From positions 832,001-896,000 of the forward strand of contig CAVYIM010000003.1 in assembly GCA_963768655.1 (NCBI GenBank): a stretch of DNA of 64,000 nucleotides, written 5' to 3'. Shown piece by piece: positions 30,207-40,346 of this stretch (positions are counted from its first letter, which is position 1; every line of letters starts with the position of its first letter). This stretch comes from an uncultured Chloroflexia bacterium (GTDB lineage: Bacteria; Chloroflexota; Limnocylindria; Limnocylindrales; CSP1-4). Both the position numbers and the translations under genes were made by a program. A model generated the notes under the pieces. The model had not been told where the DNA came from. It searched no databases and saw only the letters and a list, made by a program, of their open reading frames with translations.

Positions 30207-31085
30207 GTGGAGTTGATCGCTCTGTTCCGGCAATACGTCCGGCAGCTTCTGAGCCATGACACGACCGGCCTCGCGGCCGAGTTGGCGTTCCGTTTCATGT
30301 TCGCGACCTTTCCGTTTGTGCTGTTCCTCGCCGCCCTCGGCGCCTTTCTGGCGGGCTGGCTCGGCGTCGCCGACCCGACCGCCCGGATCATGACCGCGCT
30401 CGGAAACAGCATTCCGTCCGACGTGATCGGCCCCCTGAAGAGGGACCTCGATGACGTCCTCACCCACACGGAACCAGCGCTGCTGTCGGTCGGTGCCGTC
30501 GTGACGGTGTATTCGGCGGCCGGTGGCCTCAATACCCTCATGAAGGCGATGAACCGCGCCTTCGGGGTGCGGGAAACGCGGCCGCTTCCGGCCCGCATCG
30601 GCCTGGCCATCGCGCTGACCCTGCTCAGCGGTATCGGGATCGTGGCAGGCGTAGTGGCAGTCGTCGGCGGGACGCTCATTACGAGGGATATGGCCGATCG
30701 GGCGGGCATCGGCCGCGAAGCGTGGACCGTGCTCACGATCATCCGCTGGCCGTTGGTCTTCGCCGTCCTGGTCCTGGCCGTCACGGCTGTCTTCCGCTAC
30801 GCCTCGTGCGCCCGGCCGCCGTGGCGTTGGGCGCTCCTCGGGGCCGCCGCCTTCGCCGTCGCCTGGCTCGTCGTGACGTACGGATTCGGCCTGTATGTCG
30901 CGAGCCTCGGGCACTACCGCGCCACGTACGGTGCGCTGGGCGGCGTGATCGTGCTGATGCTGTGGTACTACCTGACGGCACTCATCCTCGTCGGCGCGGC
31001 CGAGCTCGTGGCGCTGCTGGTCGCGACTTTCGCCCCGTCCGAGGGCGCCGGCCGGGATCTCGTCGCCGAGCCGCGCTCGGAGTAG
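30207..31085 (+). CDS. YihY / virulence factor BrkB family membrane protein
   Basis: LAAELAFRFMFATFP, AMNRAF, ATYGALGGVIVLMLWYYL..GAEL; start uncertain. Confidence 0.9.
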   Translation: MELIALFRQYVRQLLSHDTTGLAAELAFRFMFATFPFVLFLAALGAFLAGWLGVADPTARIMTALGNSIPSDVIGPLKRDLDDVLTHTEPALLSVGAVVTVYSAAGGLNTLMKAMNRAFGVRETRPLPARIGLAIALTLLSGIGIVAGVVAVVGGTLITRDMADRAGIGREAWTVLTIIRWPLVFAVLVLAVTAVFRYASCARPPWRWALLGAAAFAVAWLVVTYGFGLYVASLGHYRATYGALGGVIVLMLWYYLTALILVGAAELVALLVATFAPSEGAGRDLVAEPRSE

Positions 31086-31133
31086 CCCCACGGCCGCCGT
31101 CGCGATCATGCGCGGCCTGGCCTGGAAACGAAG

Positions 31134-31160
31134 ACCGGGCCGCGGGGATGGCCCGGGCCC
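31134..31160 (+). repeat. 27-bp palindromic direct repeat, copy 1 (ACCGGGCCGCGGGGATGGCCCGGGCCC)
   Basis: Identical to 32892-32918; contains CCGGGCC/GGCCCGG stem. Confidence 0.85.
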
Positions 31161-31183
31161 GGTCGTGTGCGTGCCGGCGCGGC

Positions 31184-32773
31184 TCAGCTGCTGGCGGACG
31201 GATCGTCGATGCGGCCCATGAAGAGGATGGCGCCCGACAATCCATCGGTGATGAAATAGAGGAAGGGCTTGTTGATGTGGAACTGGACGTGGGGCGGCAT
31301 TTCCGGGGCGGCGGAGCCGCCACCCATCACGACGACTGTGACCGCGGCTGCAGTCACGCCCGTCTCGACCACGTCGATGTTGGCCTGGTGGATCACGCTT
31401 TGTATGTATAGGGGCACGTCTGTCGTGATGCCCGAGAAGTCGGCTGTGTTCGGGTTGAACGCGGTCGGCATGCCCATCGCCGCCAGAATGTCCGAGAGGT
31501 CGAACCTCGTGTCGGCCGAGAACCGCGGCAGCGTCAGATCGACGTCGTAGGTCGAGACCTGGCTCTCGATGCCGGCGAGCTGGGCTGCCGTCAGGCTCTT
31601 CACGAATGAGCTCATGTCGTCGGGAACGATGATCGTCATCGAAAGCGACGACCCGTCGCCGCCCAGCGGGAGATCGACGGCCCGATAGCCCTTGCCGGCG
31701 GCATACTGGAGCCACGAGTCCATCGCCATGGTCGGAACCGAGACCTTGGATCCGTCGGCGCGAGTGAATGGCAGGGAGTTGGTCGCGTCTGGGTCGAAAG
31801 GATGCGTCCAGGGCGCCTTGAGGTAGATCGCGTTGGCCAGGGCGATGCGGGTGTCCGTGTCGACGTCGCCCGGCCGCAGGATCTCGGGGATGCGGCCCTT
31901 CGTCCGCTCGCTCGCCCATTGGTTGATGATCTGTCGGGCGGCCTCAGGGTCCTTCTCGTAGTCGACGAGCCCGACGCCGGCGCCAAAGCTGGAGCTCAGG
32001 GAATCGAGGAAGGGCTGCTCGAGGCTCATGCCCTTCTGCGAGAAGACCGCGTTGGAGACGTCCAGCTCCTGTAGCGGCGTCTTGCCGGTTTCGTCCGGAG
32101 TGGCATCGGGATCATCCGACTCGAAGTCCGAATCGTCGTAGGTGGTCTGGGCCTGCAGCTCCTGGATCAGGGCCACGAGCTCGCCGGCCCCGCCGGTAGT
32201 CCCGAAGTCGTGGAGGACCTTGTCCATCTCGGTGGCGGTCTGACCCTTCGCCCCGGCCCGGACCATGGCCAGGGCGAGGGCGATGCTCGTCGGGGAAGCA
32301 CACAGATTGCCGCTGGAGTCGAGCTGGCGGAGCAGGTCGACTCCGAAGTCGTTGATCTCGCGGCCAGCGCGCGCGCCGTAGTCGTCGGCCGGGGCCGCCA
32401 GCGGGGCCGTGCCCATGTCAGTCGCGAATTCGGGTGTCGGGGTCCGCGTGGGGCCAGGCGTGGGCTTGAGGGTTGGAGATGGCGTGGGCTCGAGCGTCGG
32501 CCACGGCGTGTCCGTCGGCCACGGTGTCGGAGTGAGCGTGGGCGATGGCGTCGGGTTGAGCGTCGGCCACGGCGTGTACGTCGGCCAGGCCGAGTATGTA
32601 GGCCACGGCGTGTAAGTCGGCCCGCTCGTGGGCGTCGGGCTGGCCATCGCGCTGCCGCAGGCGCCCACCACGATCGCCACCGTCAGCATGGCCGCCCCGG
32701 CCCGGATCCTGCGCCGCTTCGCCGTCGATCTCCGCCGCAGCGGATCTACCCACGACTGGCTGATCGCGTCCAT
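31184..32773 (-). CDS. Serpin family lipoprotein with Pro/Thr/Trp-rich linker
   Basis: Lipobox-like VGAC, (TPWP)n linker, SPTSIALALAM..AGAKG.T, NAIYLKAPW, ETGVTAAAVT, NKPFLYFI..GAILFMGRI. Confidence 0.95.
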   Translation of the reverse strand: MDAISQSWVDPLRRRSTAKRRRIRAGAAMLTVAIVVGACGSAMASPTPTSGPTYTPWPTYSAWPTYTPWPTLNPTPSPTLTPTPWPTDTPWPTLEPTPSPTLKPTPGPTRTPTPEFATDMGTAPLAAPADDYGARAGREINDFGVDLLRQLDSSGNLCASPTSIALALAMVRAGAKGQTATEMDKVLHDFGTTGGAGELVALIQELQAQTTYDDSDFESDDPDATPDETGKTPLQELDVSNAVFSQKGMSLEQPFLDSLSSSFGAGVGLVDYEKDPEAARQIINQWASERTKGRIPEILRPGDVDTDTRIALANAIYLKAPWTHPFDPDATNSLPFTRADGSKVSVPTMAMDSWLQYAAGKGYRAVDLPLGGDGSSLSMTIIVPDDMSSFVKSLTAAQLAGIESQVSTYDVDLTLPRFSADTRFDLSDILAAMGMPTAFNPNTADFSGITTDVPLYIQSVIHQANIDVVETGVTAAAVTVVVMGGGSAAPEMPPHVQFHINKPFLYFITDGLSGAILFMGRIDDPSASS

Positions 32774-32891
32774 GTCAGTGACCCCCTTTGGTCCCCGGCG
32801 TCTCGCCGAGGTCTGCCGCGTATGACGGTACCGCGCACCGGACCGTTTCGGCACTCGACAACGAAGATTCTCGGGTTGTCCGAAAGGCGAC

Positions 32892-32918
32892 ACCGGGCCG
32901 CGGGGATGGCCCGGGCCC
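32892..32918 (+). repeat. 27-bp palindromic direct repeat, copy 2
   Basis: Identical to 31134-31160. Confidence 0.85.
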
Positions 32919-33015
32919 ACGATGTACGGCAGGCCGGCCGTGCCGGGGGTCGACCACCTCGTCCGGACGGGCGAGGAACGGGACCGAGGCGGTAGGAGCT
33001 GGTATTCTCGGCGGC

Positions 33016-33840
33016 ATGGAACGGTTCGTGGAGGTTCCCGGCGGCCGGCTGTTCGCCAGGAGCGAGGGCGCCGGGCCGCCGATCGTGCTCATGCATGCCG
33101 CGATCGTCGATCAGCGGGCCTGGGATGCGATGGTGCCGGGGCTCGTCGCCGCGGGCTTCCGCGTCGTCCGCTACGACTACCGGGCCTTCGGCCGCTCGAC
33201 GACCGAGGACGTCGACTTCAGCGACCGCTCCGACCTCATGGCCGTGCTGGACGCCTTCGGGATCACGCGCGCCGCCCTGGTCGGCAACAGCCGCGGCGGG
33301 CAGATCGCCTTCGACGCGGCCATCGAGTTTTCCGATCGAGTCGTTGCGGTCGTCGGTGTGGGGTCCCGACCGGCCGGCTTCGAGGGAGCCCTCACGCCGG
33401 TCGAGCAGGCACTCTCCGACGAAGGGGATCGCCTCGAGTCGGCCGCCGAGCCGGATCTGGCGGCGATCGCCGACCTCGACGTGCGGGTCTGGGTCGACGG
33501 CCCCGGCCAGCCGCCCGATCGAGTCGACCCGGCCATCCGCGAGGCGGTGAGGGCAATGGATCGGCCGCTCTACGAACCCGGGCGCGTCGCGGGCCGGCCG
33601 ATTCGCCTGGAACCGCCGGCGAGGGATCGGCTCGTCGAACTGCGCTGCCCCGTTCTGGCGGTCGTCGGGGCGCTCGACCTCTCCGCCATCGTCCAGTCGG
33701 CGCGATGGCTCGAGGCCACGGCCCCGAACGCGCGAGCGGTCGTCTGGCCGGACGTGGCCCACATGGTCGGCATGGAGGCGCCGGACCGCCTCGACGCCGT
33801 GATCGTCGACTTCCTGGCGCCGCTGGCGCCCTGGGAGTGA
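33016..33840 (+). CDS. Alpha/beta fold hydrolase
   Basis: RYDYRAFGRS, VGNSRGG, VGALD, AHMVGMEAP; TATTCT 7 nt before ATG. Confidence 0.92.
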   Translation: MERFVEVPGGRLFARSEGAGPPIVLMHAAIVDQRAWDAMVPGLVAAGFRVVRYDYRAFGRSTTEDVDFSDRSDLMAVLDAFGITRAALVGNSRGGQIAFDAAIEFSDRVVAVVGVGSRPAGFEGALTPVEQALSDEGDRLESAAEPDLAAIADLDVRVWVDGPGQPPDRVDPAIREAVRAMDRPLYEPGRVAGRPIRLEPPARDRLVELRCPVLAVVGALDLSAIVQSARWLEATAPNARAVVWPDVAHMVGMEAPDRLDAVIVDFLAPLAPWE

Positions 33841-33969
33841 CCGGCGCTGCCCCGCGCGCCACGCACACTCTTGCCCCGCGCGACCGCCACGCCGGCGGCA
33901 AACCCGCTGCCGCGCGGCACTTGTATTGCCCGCGCCAGGCGCGCAGGCTAGACGCCTGACCGACCCCCC

Positions 33970-34239
33970 GTGCCGATGCCTCGGTTTCCGAGACTGCGTC
34001 AGGCCGGCAGCGGGAAGGTCCCAGTGCTCGCTCCGCTTGTCCGTCCGCGCATCGTGCCGCCTCAAGAGCGGCCGGAGTGTGCGGATCGCGTCGAACGGCG
34101 GGCGATGGAGATCTGGCCGAGGCTGGACCACCGCGCCCTCCATCGATGCCAGGGCGATGCCGCCCGCATCGCCGTCCACGTCGCCCGCCGGACCAAGATG
34201 ACGCCCAAGGCGATCGAGAAGCTGATCTCCGACCGGTAG
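33970..34239 (+). CDS. Small protein, possibly CsbD-like
   Basis: WPRLDHRALHRCQGDAARIAVHVARRTKMTPKAIEKLI resembles the CsbD helical pattern. Confidence 0.5.
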   Translation: MPMPRFPRLRQAGSGKVPVLAPLVRPRIVPPQERPECADRVERRAMEIWPRLDHRALHRCQGDAARIAVHVARRTKMTPKAIEKLISDR

Positions 34240-34362
34240 TCGGGCCCGGCGCGCCGCTCGGCTCAACTGTGCCCGTCCGCCGGCTCGGGTACGATCTGGC
34301 GACCCGGCCCGGTTCGACGTCGGCCTCCATCGGCGTCGCCTGCCGGCCACTCGTGGGGCTTC

Positions 34363-35118
34363 ATGGCGACCTCGATGTCTTCAAGTGAGCTGCCCTCCGG
34401 CGATGCCCACGACCCGAGCTCCCGCGATGCTCGCGAGCCGAGCTCCGGCGATTCCCGGCCGAGTCGGATCACGGCCGTCGCGTTCGACCTGGGCGGCGTA
34501 CTGATCGACTGGAACCCGCGCCACCTCTATCGCAAGCTCTTCGGCGGCGACGAAGCGAGCATGGAGCGGTTCCTGGCGGAGGTGTGCACCCCGGAGTGGA
34601 ACGCCCAGCTCGACGCCGGCCGCCCGCTCGCCGAGGCCGTGGCCGAGCTGGTGGCGGCCCACCCGGACCAGGCCGATCTGATAACCGCCTACCGTGACCG
34701 CTGGTTCGAGATGCTTGGCGGGGCGTTCGAGGGAACGGTCGCGATCCTGCGCGAGCTGCGAGACGCCGGTCTCCGAACCTACGCCTTGAGCAACTGGTCG
34801 GCCGAGACCTTTCCCGGAACGCGGCCGCACTATCCGTTCCTCGACGACATGGACGGCATCCTCATCTCGGGCGAAGTCGGGGTCGGCAAGCCCCACCCGG
34901 CCATCTTTCGCGAGTTCCTGCGGCGGTTCGGACTGACTCCGGCGGCGACCGTCTACATCGACGACTGGGATCGGAACGTGGCCGCGGCCGGCGCGTTCGG
35001 GATCATCGCCATCCGGTTTGTGGATGCGGCGAAGCTGCGCGCGGACCTCCGGGGGCTGGGGCTGCCGCTCGCGGCCGGGGCGGCAACGGCTGCCCTCGAT
35101 ACGGGGGGAGTACCCTGA
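34363..35118 (+). CDS. HAD family phosphatase
   Basis: FDLGGVLIDW, LSNW, KPHPAIF, YIDD. Confidence 0.92.
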   Translation: MATSMSSSELPSGDAHDPSSRDAREPSSGDSRPSRITAVAFDLGGVLIDWNPRHLYRKLFGGDEASMERFLAEVCTPEWNAQLDAGRPLAEAVAELVAAHPDQADLITAYRDRWFEMLGGAFEGTVAILRELRDAGLRTYALSNWSAETFPGTRPHYPFLDDMDGILISGEVGVGKPHPAIFREFLRRFGLTPAATVYIDDWDRNVAAAGAFGIIAIRFVDAAKLRADLRGLGLPLAAGAATAALDTGGVP

Positions 35119-35123
35119 TCCAC

Positions 35124-35641
35124 ATGAACGATGAATCCGGAGAGAGGCCCCACGACGGGATCCTCGGCGTGCAGTTCGAGCCGGACGCCGCGATGGCCGC
35201 CGAGATGGCCGGCCTGGCCGCCCGTTATGTCGAACGCGGCAACGCCCTGAAGGTGGCGCTCGACTTTTCGGATGCGAGCATCGAAACGGCGGACAGGGTC
35301 GGCCTGCAGATGTACGAAGCGCTGCCTCAGGACGGCGGCCGCGTCGCGCTCGAAGAGCGCAGGAGCGCCCTGGCATCCGAGCTGGGCGCCTACTTTGGCG
35401 AAACCTTCATAAAAATCACGGCGGCCGGTGGGGCTGGGTGGCCGCGACCGGCAACAGACTCTTCGGGTTGCGCACGAACGCCGGACTCTCCGCCTTTCCC
35501 CTCGGGAGGGCGAGGAAGCGCCTGCAGGGCGCGCAGAACGACAGCCTTGCCGTCGTCTATGCCTTCCTCTCGGGCTGGCAGGCGAAACAGACTCGGCGGC
35601 GGTCGAACGCTCCCGATCGCAGGCGGACCGAGCCAACCTAG
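35124..35641 (+). CDS. Hypothetical protein with -1 frameshift in an A run near 35413
   Basis: LDFSDASI..LGAYFGETFIK continues in another frame as NHGGRWGWV..FPLGRARKRL..DSLAVVY. Confidence 0.65.
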
Positions 35642-35786
35642 CCGGGCTCGCGGGCTTCATCTGTCCCCGAGTGGGTCGGCCTGCCTGGGCCGGGCTGCCG
35701 GCGCGTTGGTGTCCGATAGCTGACTGACGAGCCGGGTCGGCGATGGGATACTGGCCCGGCACGACTGCACGACGAAGGGGGACCTG

Positions 35787-37037
35787 ATGTCCGCGCCATC
35801 TGGAAGACACACGAACCGGGGGCGTGCCCTCCATGCCTGGGGCGCCGCGCTTGCCGCCGCGCTCGTCTTGTCCGCCTGTACTGCCGCCGCCCCGAGCCCG
35901 ATCCCGACGACCGGCGCGCCCTCGGCGATGCCGCTCGAAACCCCGGCGGCCACGTCGTCGTTCGTCGGCGACTGCTGCGCGCCGCCGACCGCGAGCCCCT
36001 ACGCGCTCGTGACGGCGCGGCCCGGAGGGCCCGGGGCGTATCCGCGCGCGTACGTCCAGCCGACCTCCGCGGCATCCCCGGCCGACTCGATGTCCGAAGA
36101 AGGCACCGGCTACTTCAGCCAGACGGTCCCGGCGAAGACAACGATCAAGGTTCCGCTAGGCTTCGAGGGCTCCACCTGGGGAGCCGTCGCCGTGTACGCA
36201 AAGTCGGGTGGGCTGACTGTCACGTGGGCCGGCAAGACGGTGGCGCCGCAGAAGTATCCGGCGTTCGGTGCGTCGGTCGTGGGCTTCTCGTTGTCGCTGG
36301 ACAACCCCAAAGATGGCGATCTGACGATCAAGAACACCACGCGGTCGCCCATCGCTGCCGCCGGCTACGTGATGATCATGACCCGGCGGCATCTGACCCT
36401 GACGCCATCGACGACGTTCCCCCACAAGGGTCAGCAGATCAGCTTAGACGTGACCCTGACCGAGGCCACCGACGCGGACGGGTTGACGGCCACGCTCGTC
36501 GACGAAAGTGGAGTCGCCACGCCGCTCACCGTCACGAAGGCAGGAACCGGGCACTGGACCGGCGACGTCACCATCTCTTCGACGGGCGTGTTCACTATTC
36601 GGGCTTCCACCACCGGCGGCGCCTTCCGGGACGCGATGGCGGAGCTGACAGTCGTGTCGGGCGGAGTGAGCGTCAGCACCACCTTCGACGAGCAAGTGGT
36701 CGACTCGGACCATGACGGCCTCATCGACGAACTGGACCTCACCCCGACGATCACGATGCCTGTCGCGGGCACGTACATGGCCGACGCATACCTCTACAAT
36801 TCGGCCGGCGTCGAAGTCGCCATGGACGGCACCGGCGACATAGACCTGGTTGCCGGCCCCCAGCCGCTCAAGCTCGAGTTCGACGGCAAGAGCATCTACA
36901 AGTCCGGACGCTGGGGGCCCTACACGCTCCACGTCACGATCGTCGACGACACGACGGGCTCGACCGGGGTCGAGCTGGACAACGCCGTCCTCGGAACCAC
37001 GGCCGCCTACGACTACATGCAGTTCGAGCGCGGCTGA
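35787..37037 (+). CDS. Secreted lipoprotein with Ig-like domains
   Basis: Lipobox LSAC; beta-rich Thr/Val composition; DSDHDGLIDEL Ca-binding-like motif. Confidence 0.8.
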   Translation: MSAPSGRHTNRGRALHAWGAALAAALVLSACTAAAPSPIPTTGAPSAMPLETPAATSSFVGDCCAPPTASPYALVTARPGGPGAYPRAYVQPTSAASPADSMSEEGTGYFSQTVPAKTTIKVPLGFEGSTWGAVAVYAKSGGLTVTWAGKTVAPQKYPAFGASVVGFSLSLDNPKDGDLTIKNTTRSPIAAAGYVMIMTRRHLTLTPSTTFPHKGQQISLDVTLTEATDADGLTATLVDESGVATPLTVTKAGTGHWTGDVTISSTGVFTIRASTTGGAFRDAMAELTVVSGGVSVSTTFDEQVVDSDHDGLIDELDLTPTITMPVAGTYMADAYLYNSAGVEVAMDGTGDIDLVAGPQPLKLEFDGKSIYKSGRWGPYTLHVTIVDDTTGSTGVELDNAVLGTTAAYDYMQFERG

Positions 37038-37196
37038 GCCGCCTTCGACGGGAGATCGATCGTCGTCGCGCGGACCAACGCCGACGGCGACGACCCCATC
37101 GACGAGCTCGACCTCACCGGCGGGGGGACCCAGGGCTCCGACATCGCTGCAGCCGGCCAGGACTGCCCTTACGTCGTGCCACGATTGTCGTCTACC

Positions 37197-37922
37197 TCAC
37201 GGCCGACCCGATGAGTCGACCGTCGTTGGCTGATCGGGCCGGTCGTCCTCGGCCAGAAGTCGATAGAGCGATCGGCGGGCTTCCATGAGGACTGCCTGAG
37301 CTTTCTCGAGGGTCTCGGCGCTGCCCACCTGGGACACCTGCGCCACGGCTGCGGCGAGCGGCCCGATCTGGCCGTACAGGCTCCTTGTCTTGTCCGCGCC
37401 GGGCATCTCCCAGGGCGCCGGGCTGCCGGCGGATCGCTCGGCAACCTTTCGACCGTCATCGGTGAGGGCGTAGACCTTGCGTCCGTCGCGCTCCTCGCCC
37501 TTGACGAGCCCTTCGTCCTCGAGCTGCTGGAGGGTGGGATAGACCGAGCCCGCGCTCGGCTGCCACATCCCGCCGCTGCGCTCACCGAGACGCTGGATGA
37601 TCTGGTAGCCGTGCATCGGCTCCTCGGCGAGCAGGGTCAGGATGGCCGTTCTGACGTCGCCGCGCCGAACCATCGCGCCTCGGCCCGGCCCGAAGGCCAA
37701 GTCGCCGGGCATCCACCCGAAGCGACCGCGCCCGGGTCCGCGACCGCGGGCTCGTCCGCGGCCGTGGCCCCGTGGGTCCCATGGCCCGGGCCCGGAGGCG
37801 GGGTCCGGAATCTCGTCATCGACGCGATAGTGCCGGGCGCCGCGCCCGCAACCCTCATTGGATTCCTCGGGGCGACCGTGCCAGACCCTGGCCCGTCCCC
37901 GCCCCTCTTCGCTGTGAAACAC
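37197..37922 (-). CDS. PadR family transcriptional regulator
   Basis: RRGDVRTAILTLLAEEPMHGYQII..WQPSAGSVYPTLQQLEDEGL; start GTG 37922 (GGAG RBS) or 37973. Confidence 0.93.
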   Translation of the reverse strand: MFHSEEGRGRARVWHGRPEESNEGCGRGARHYRVDDEIPDPASGPGPWDPRGHGRGRARGRGPGRGRFGWMPGDLAFGPGRGAMVRRGDVRTAILTLLAEEPMHGYQIIQRLGERSGGMWQPSAGSVYPTLQQLEDEGLVKGEERDGRKVYALTDDGRKVAERSAGSPAPWEMPGADKTRSLYGQIGPLAAAVAQVSQVGSAETLEKAQAVLMEARRSLYRLLAEDDRPDQPTTVDSSGRP

Positions 37923-38239
37923 GCTTCGTTCTCCAGTATTCGTGGTGCGCCGCTCCGTGTGGCGCTGGCTCACGATATATCGCGATACTCTCGGTTGTCA
38001 AGGGGTCCGACGAACGGCCATCGCTCGGCGCCAGGCAGCGGCCTGGAGTGCCGTGTTACCGCATCGCGCCGTGGGAGCGCCGCTGACTCGGCCGGCAGCG
38101 GAGCGCGGGATAGGCGGTGATAAGCCCGCGACAAGTCCTGATGGTCATCCTGTCTCCACGCCTGCGTGAGTCCAGTGAATCCCCTCCAGCGGGCGATGCC
38201 CGATTTCGATGCTGCTGCATTACTGCTATGCTGCATTTC

Positions 38240-38536
38240 GTGAAGACTCACTACGTTGCCGTCCAGGCGCGCGGGACCGTCGCGTTGCCGGCCGATCTCA
38301 GGCGCCGCCTGCACCTGGACCAGCCCGGGGCGCAGATACAGATCGTCGAGCAGGATGACGGCCGGATCGAGATCCGACCCGTCCTGCCGGTGCCCGCGGA
38401 CCAGCATTGGTTCTGGACCGAGCGCTGGCAGGCCATGGAGCGTGAGGTCGACGAGGACGTCGCCGCCGGCCGCGAGGTCACCGTAAACGGGCCCGACGAG
38501 CTATTCGAGTATCTCGACTCGAGCCTGAAGTCCTGA
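38240..38536 (+). CDS. AbrB/MazE/SpoVT-type antitoxin
   Basis: VQARGTVALPADLRRRLHL AbrB motif; DQHWFWTERWQAMEREVDED C-terminus; TATGCT 7 nt before GTG. Confidence 0.88.
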   Translation: MKTHYVAVQARGTVALPADLRRRLHLDQPGAQIQIVEQDDGRIEIRPVLPVPADQHWFWTERWQAMEREVDEDVAAGREVTVNGPDELFEYLDSSLKS

Positions 38537-38541
38537 CCGGC

Positions 38542-38853
38542 GTGAAGTTCCGAGTTGCGCCCGCGTTCGCCGGCGATTGGGCGCGCCTGTCAGAGTCCGA
38601 GCGCGCAACCTTTCGCTCGGTCGTCCGCGATGACTTCCACCCCGCCTGCGAGATGCATCTCGCGGACCCGGCGGCGCCATGGCCGGCGCAGCTTCGCGTG
38701 CGGCGGATCGAGGACGCGCCCGGGATATGGGAGATGACCTGGAGCTTCTCCGGCCCCGATGGGCGGGCAACGTTCGAGTGGATCCGGATCGACGGCCAGC
38801 CCGGCATCCGATGGCGTCGCGTCGGCGGCCACTCCATCTTCGGCGAGCCGTAG
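38542..38853 (+). CDS. RelE/ParE-superfamily-like toxin
   Basis: FAGDWARL..LRVRRIEDAPGIWEMTW..GRATF..WRRVGGHSIF; 5 nt after the antitoxin. Confidence 0.75.
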   Translation: MKFRVAPAFAGDWARLSESERATFRSVVRDDFHPACEMHLADPAAPWPAQLRVRRIEDAPGIWEMTWSFSGPDGRATFEWIRIDGQPGIRWRRVGGHSIFGEP

Positions 38854-38895
38854 CTCTCCGGCTGCCAGACCGCGTCCAATCTCCGGCCGGGCAGG

Positions 38896-39195
38896 GTGGG
38901 GACAATGCCCTGGCCGCGCGCGTTCGCCGACCTGCGCGGCCTCTCGACGGTCTCCGGCCGAATGGTTCGCGCCGACCGGCTGATGGGTCTCTCGCCCGAC
39001 TACCTCGGCGTGCTGCAGCGCCAGCTGGTCCGGTTCTTCGTCTGGCGCGAAGTCGCCCGCCACGAGCAGGTGGCGGCGATCGTCGGCCGGCGGATCGTGT
39101 CGGCCATCCCCGCGAACGCGAAGGGCGATCGCCTGGCCGTGGCCCTCACGGCGGACGACGGCAGCTCGATCTCGGTGGAGCTGCTGGCGAGGTAG
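38896..39195 (+). CDS. Hypothetical protein
   Basis: GC3-biased 99-aa ORF directly after the TA pair. Confidence 0.5.
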   Translation: MGTMPWPRAFADLRGLSTVSGRMVRADRLMGLSPDYLGVLQRQLVRFFVWREVARHEQVAAIVGRRIVSAIPANAKGDRLAVALTADDGSSISVELLAR

Positions 39196-39263
39196 CGCGG
39201 GAATCGGCCTCCTCGGCGTGATCACCGCCGCGATCGCGCTGGCCGCGGACGGAGTCGAGCCAG

Positions 39264-40346
39264 CTAGTGTCCCGATTCGCCGGTCGCTAGCGGCTTCCGC
39301 ACTGCCTTGGCCAGAATCTGGTCGGCCGTCTTGACCCAGAGAAAGGGCGTTGCACCCTCGTTCCATTGCGCCGTGAAGCCGTTGATCATCGCGACGAGTT
39401 CCTTGACCGAGCGAAAGCTGCCACGGCGGATGGCCTGACGGCTCAGGATGCCGAACCAGGTCTCGATCTGGTTCATCCAGGACGCGCTGGTCGGGGTGAA
39501 ATGGAAGCTCACCCGCGGATGAGCCTCGAGCCACTTTCCGACGTCTGGCGTCTTGTGTGAGCTGACGTTGTCGAGCACGACTGCGAGGTCTTTCTCGGGA
39601 TAGGCTCGCTCAACCTGCGCCAGGAAGGCCAGGAAGTCGGCGCCGGTGTGGTGGGTGCGGGTCTGCGTGGTGACCTTGCCGGTGGCGACTTCCAGAGCGG
39701 CAAAGAGGTGGGTGGTGCCGTTCCGTTTGTAGTCGTGGGTGTGGCGCTCGACCTGGCCGGGCTTCATGGGCAGCATCGGGGCCGTTCGATCGAGAGCCTG
39801 GATCTGGGTCTTCTCGTCAACGGACAGCACGATAGCCCGCTCGGGCGGAGCGAGATAGAGCCCCACGACATCGCGGACCTTGGCCACAAGATCGGGATCG
39901 GTACTGAACTTGAACGTCTCGACCCGATGCGGCTTGAGACCAGCCTCGCGCCAGATGCGCTGGATGGTCGTGACACTGATGCCTGTCCGGGCAGCCATCG
40001 CTCGCGAACTCCAGTGGCTGGTCCCGAACGGCGGCGGCTCCAAGGTGAAGGCGATGACCCGGTCCCTAGCGGCCCGGTCGTAGGTTGGCACTCGGCCGGG
40101 CCGAGGCGCATCAGCCAGGCCGGCCATGCGGTCGGCCTCGAAACGAGTACGCCAGTCGCGCACCGTCAAGGGGGTGACCCCGATCTCGGCCGCAATCCGC
40201 TCGTTCGCCGTGCCGGCCGCTGCCGCAAGCACGATCCGGGCCCGCATCGCGAGTCGCTGCTCGGTCGTTCCCGCTCGTATCAGGGCCAGTAGGGATGCTC
40301 GTTCAGACTCGCTGATTACCAACGGCGGAGCTGGATGGTTCGGCAT
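39264..40346 (-). CDS. IS630 family DDE transposase
   Basis: HTH N-terminus; VDEKTQIQAL, YKRNGT, VLDNVSSHK, SWMNQIETWF. Confidence 0.97.
   Translation of the reverse strand: MPNHPAPPLVISESERASLLALIRAGTTEQRLAMRARIVLAAAAGTANERIAAEIGVTPLTVRDWRTRFEADRMAGLADAPRPGRVPTYDRAARDRVIAFTLEPPPFGTSHWSSRAMAARTGISVTTIQRIWREAGLKPHRVETFKFSTDPDLVAKVRDVVGLYLAPPERAIVLSVDEKTQIQALDRTAPMLPMKPGQVERHTHDYKRNGTTHLFAALEVATGKVTTQTRTHHTGADFLAFLAQVERAYPEKDLAVVLDNVSSHKTPDVGKWLEAHPRVSFHFTPTSASWMNQIETWFGILSRQAIRRGSFRSVKELVAMINGFTAQWNEGATPFLWVKTADQILAKAVRKPLATGESGH

Noticed and set aside
32420-32640. GGCCACGGCGT-type repeats as a mobile or CRISPR repeat
   Set aside because: They encode the TPWP linker of the serpin lipoprotein
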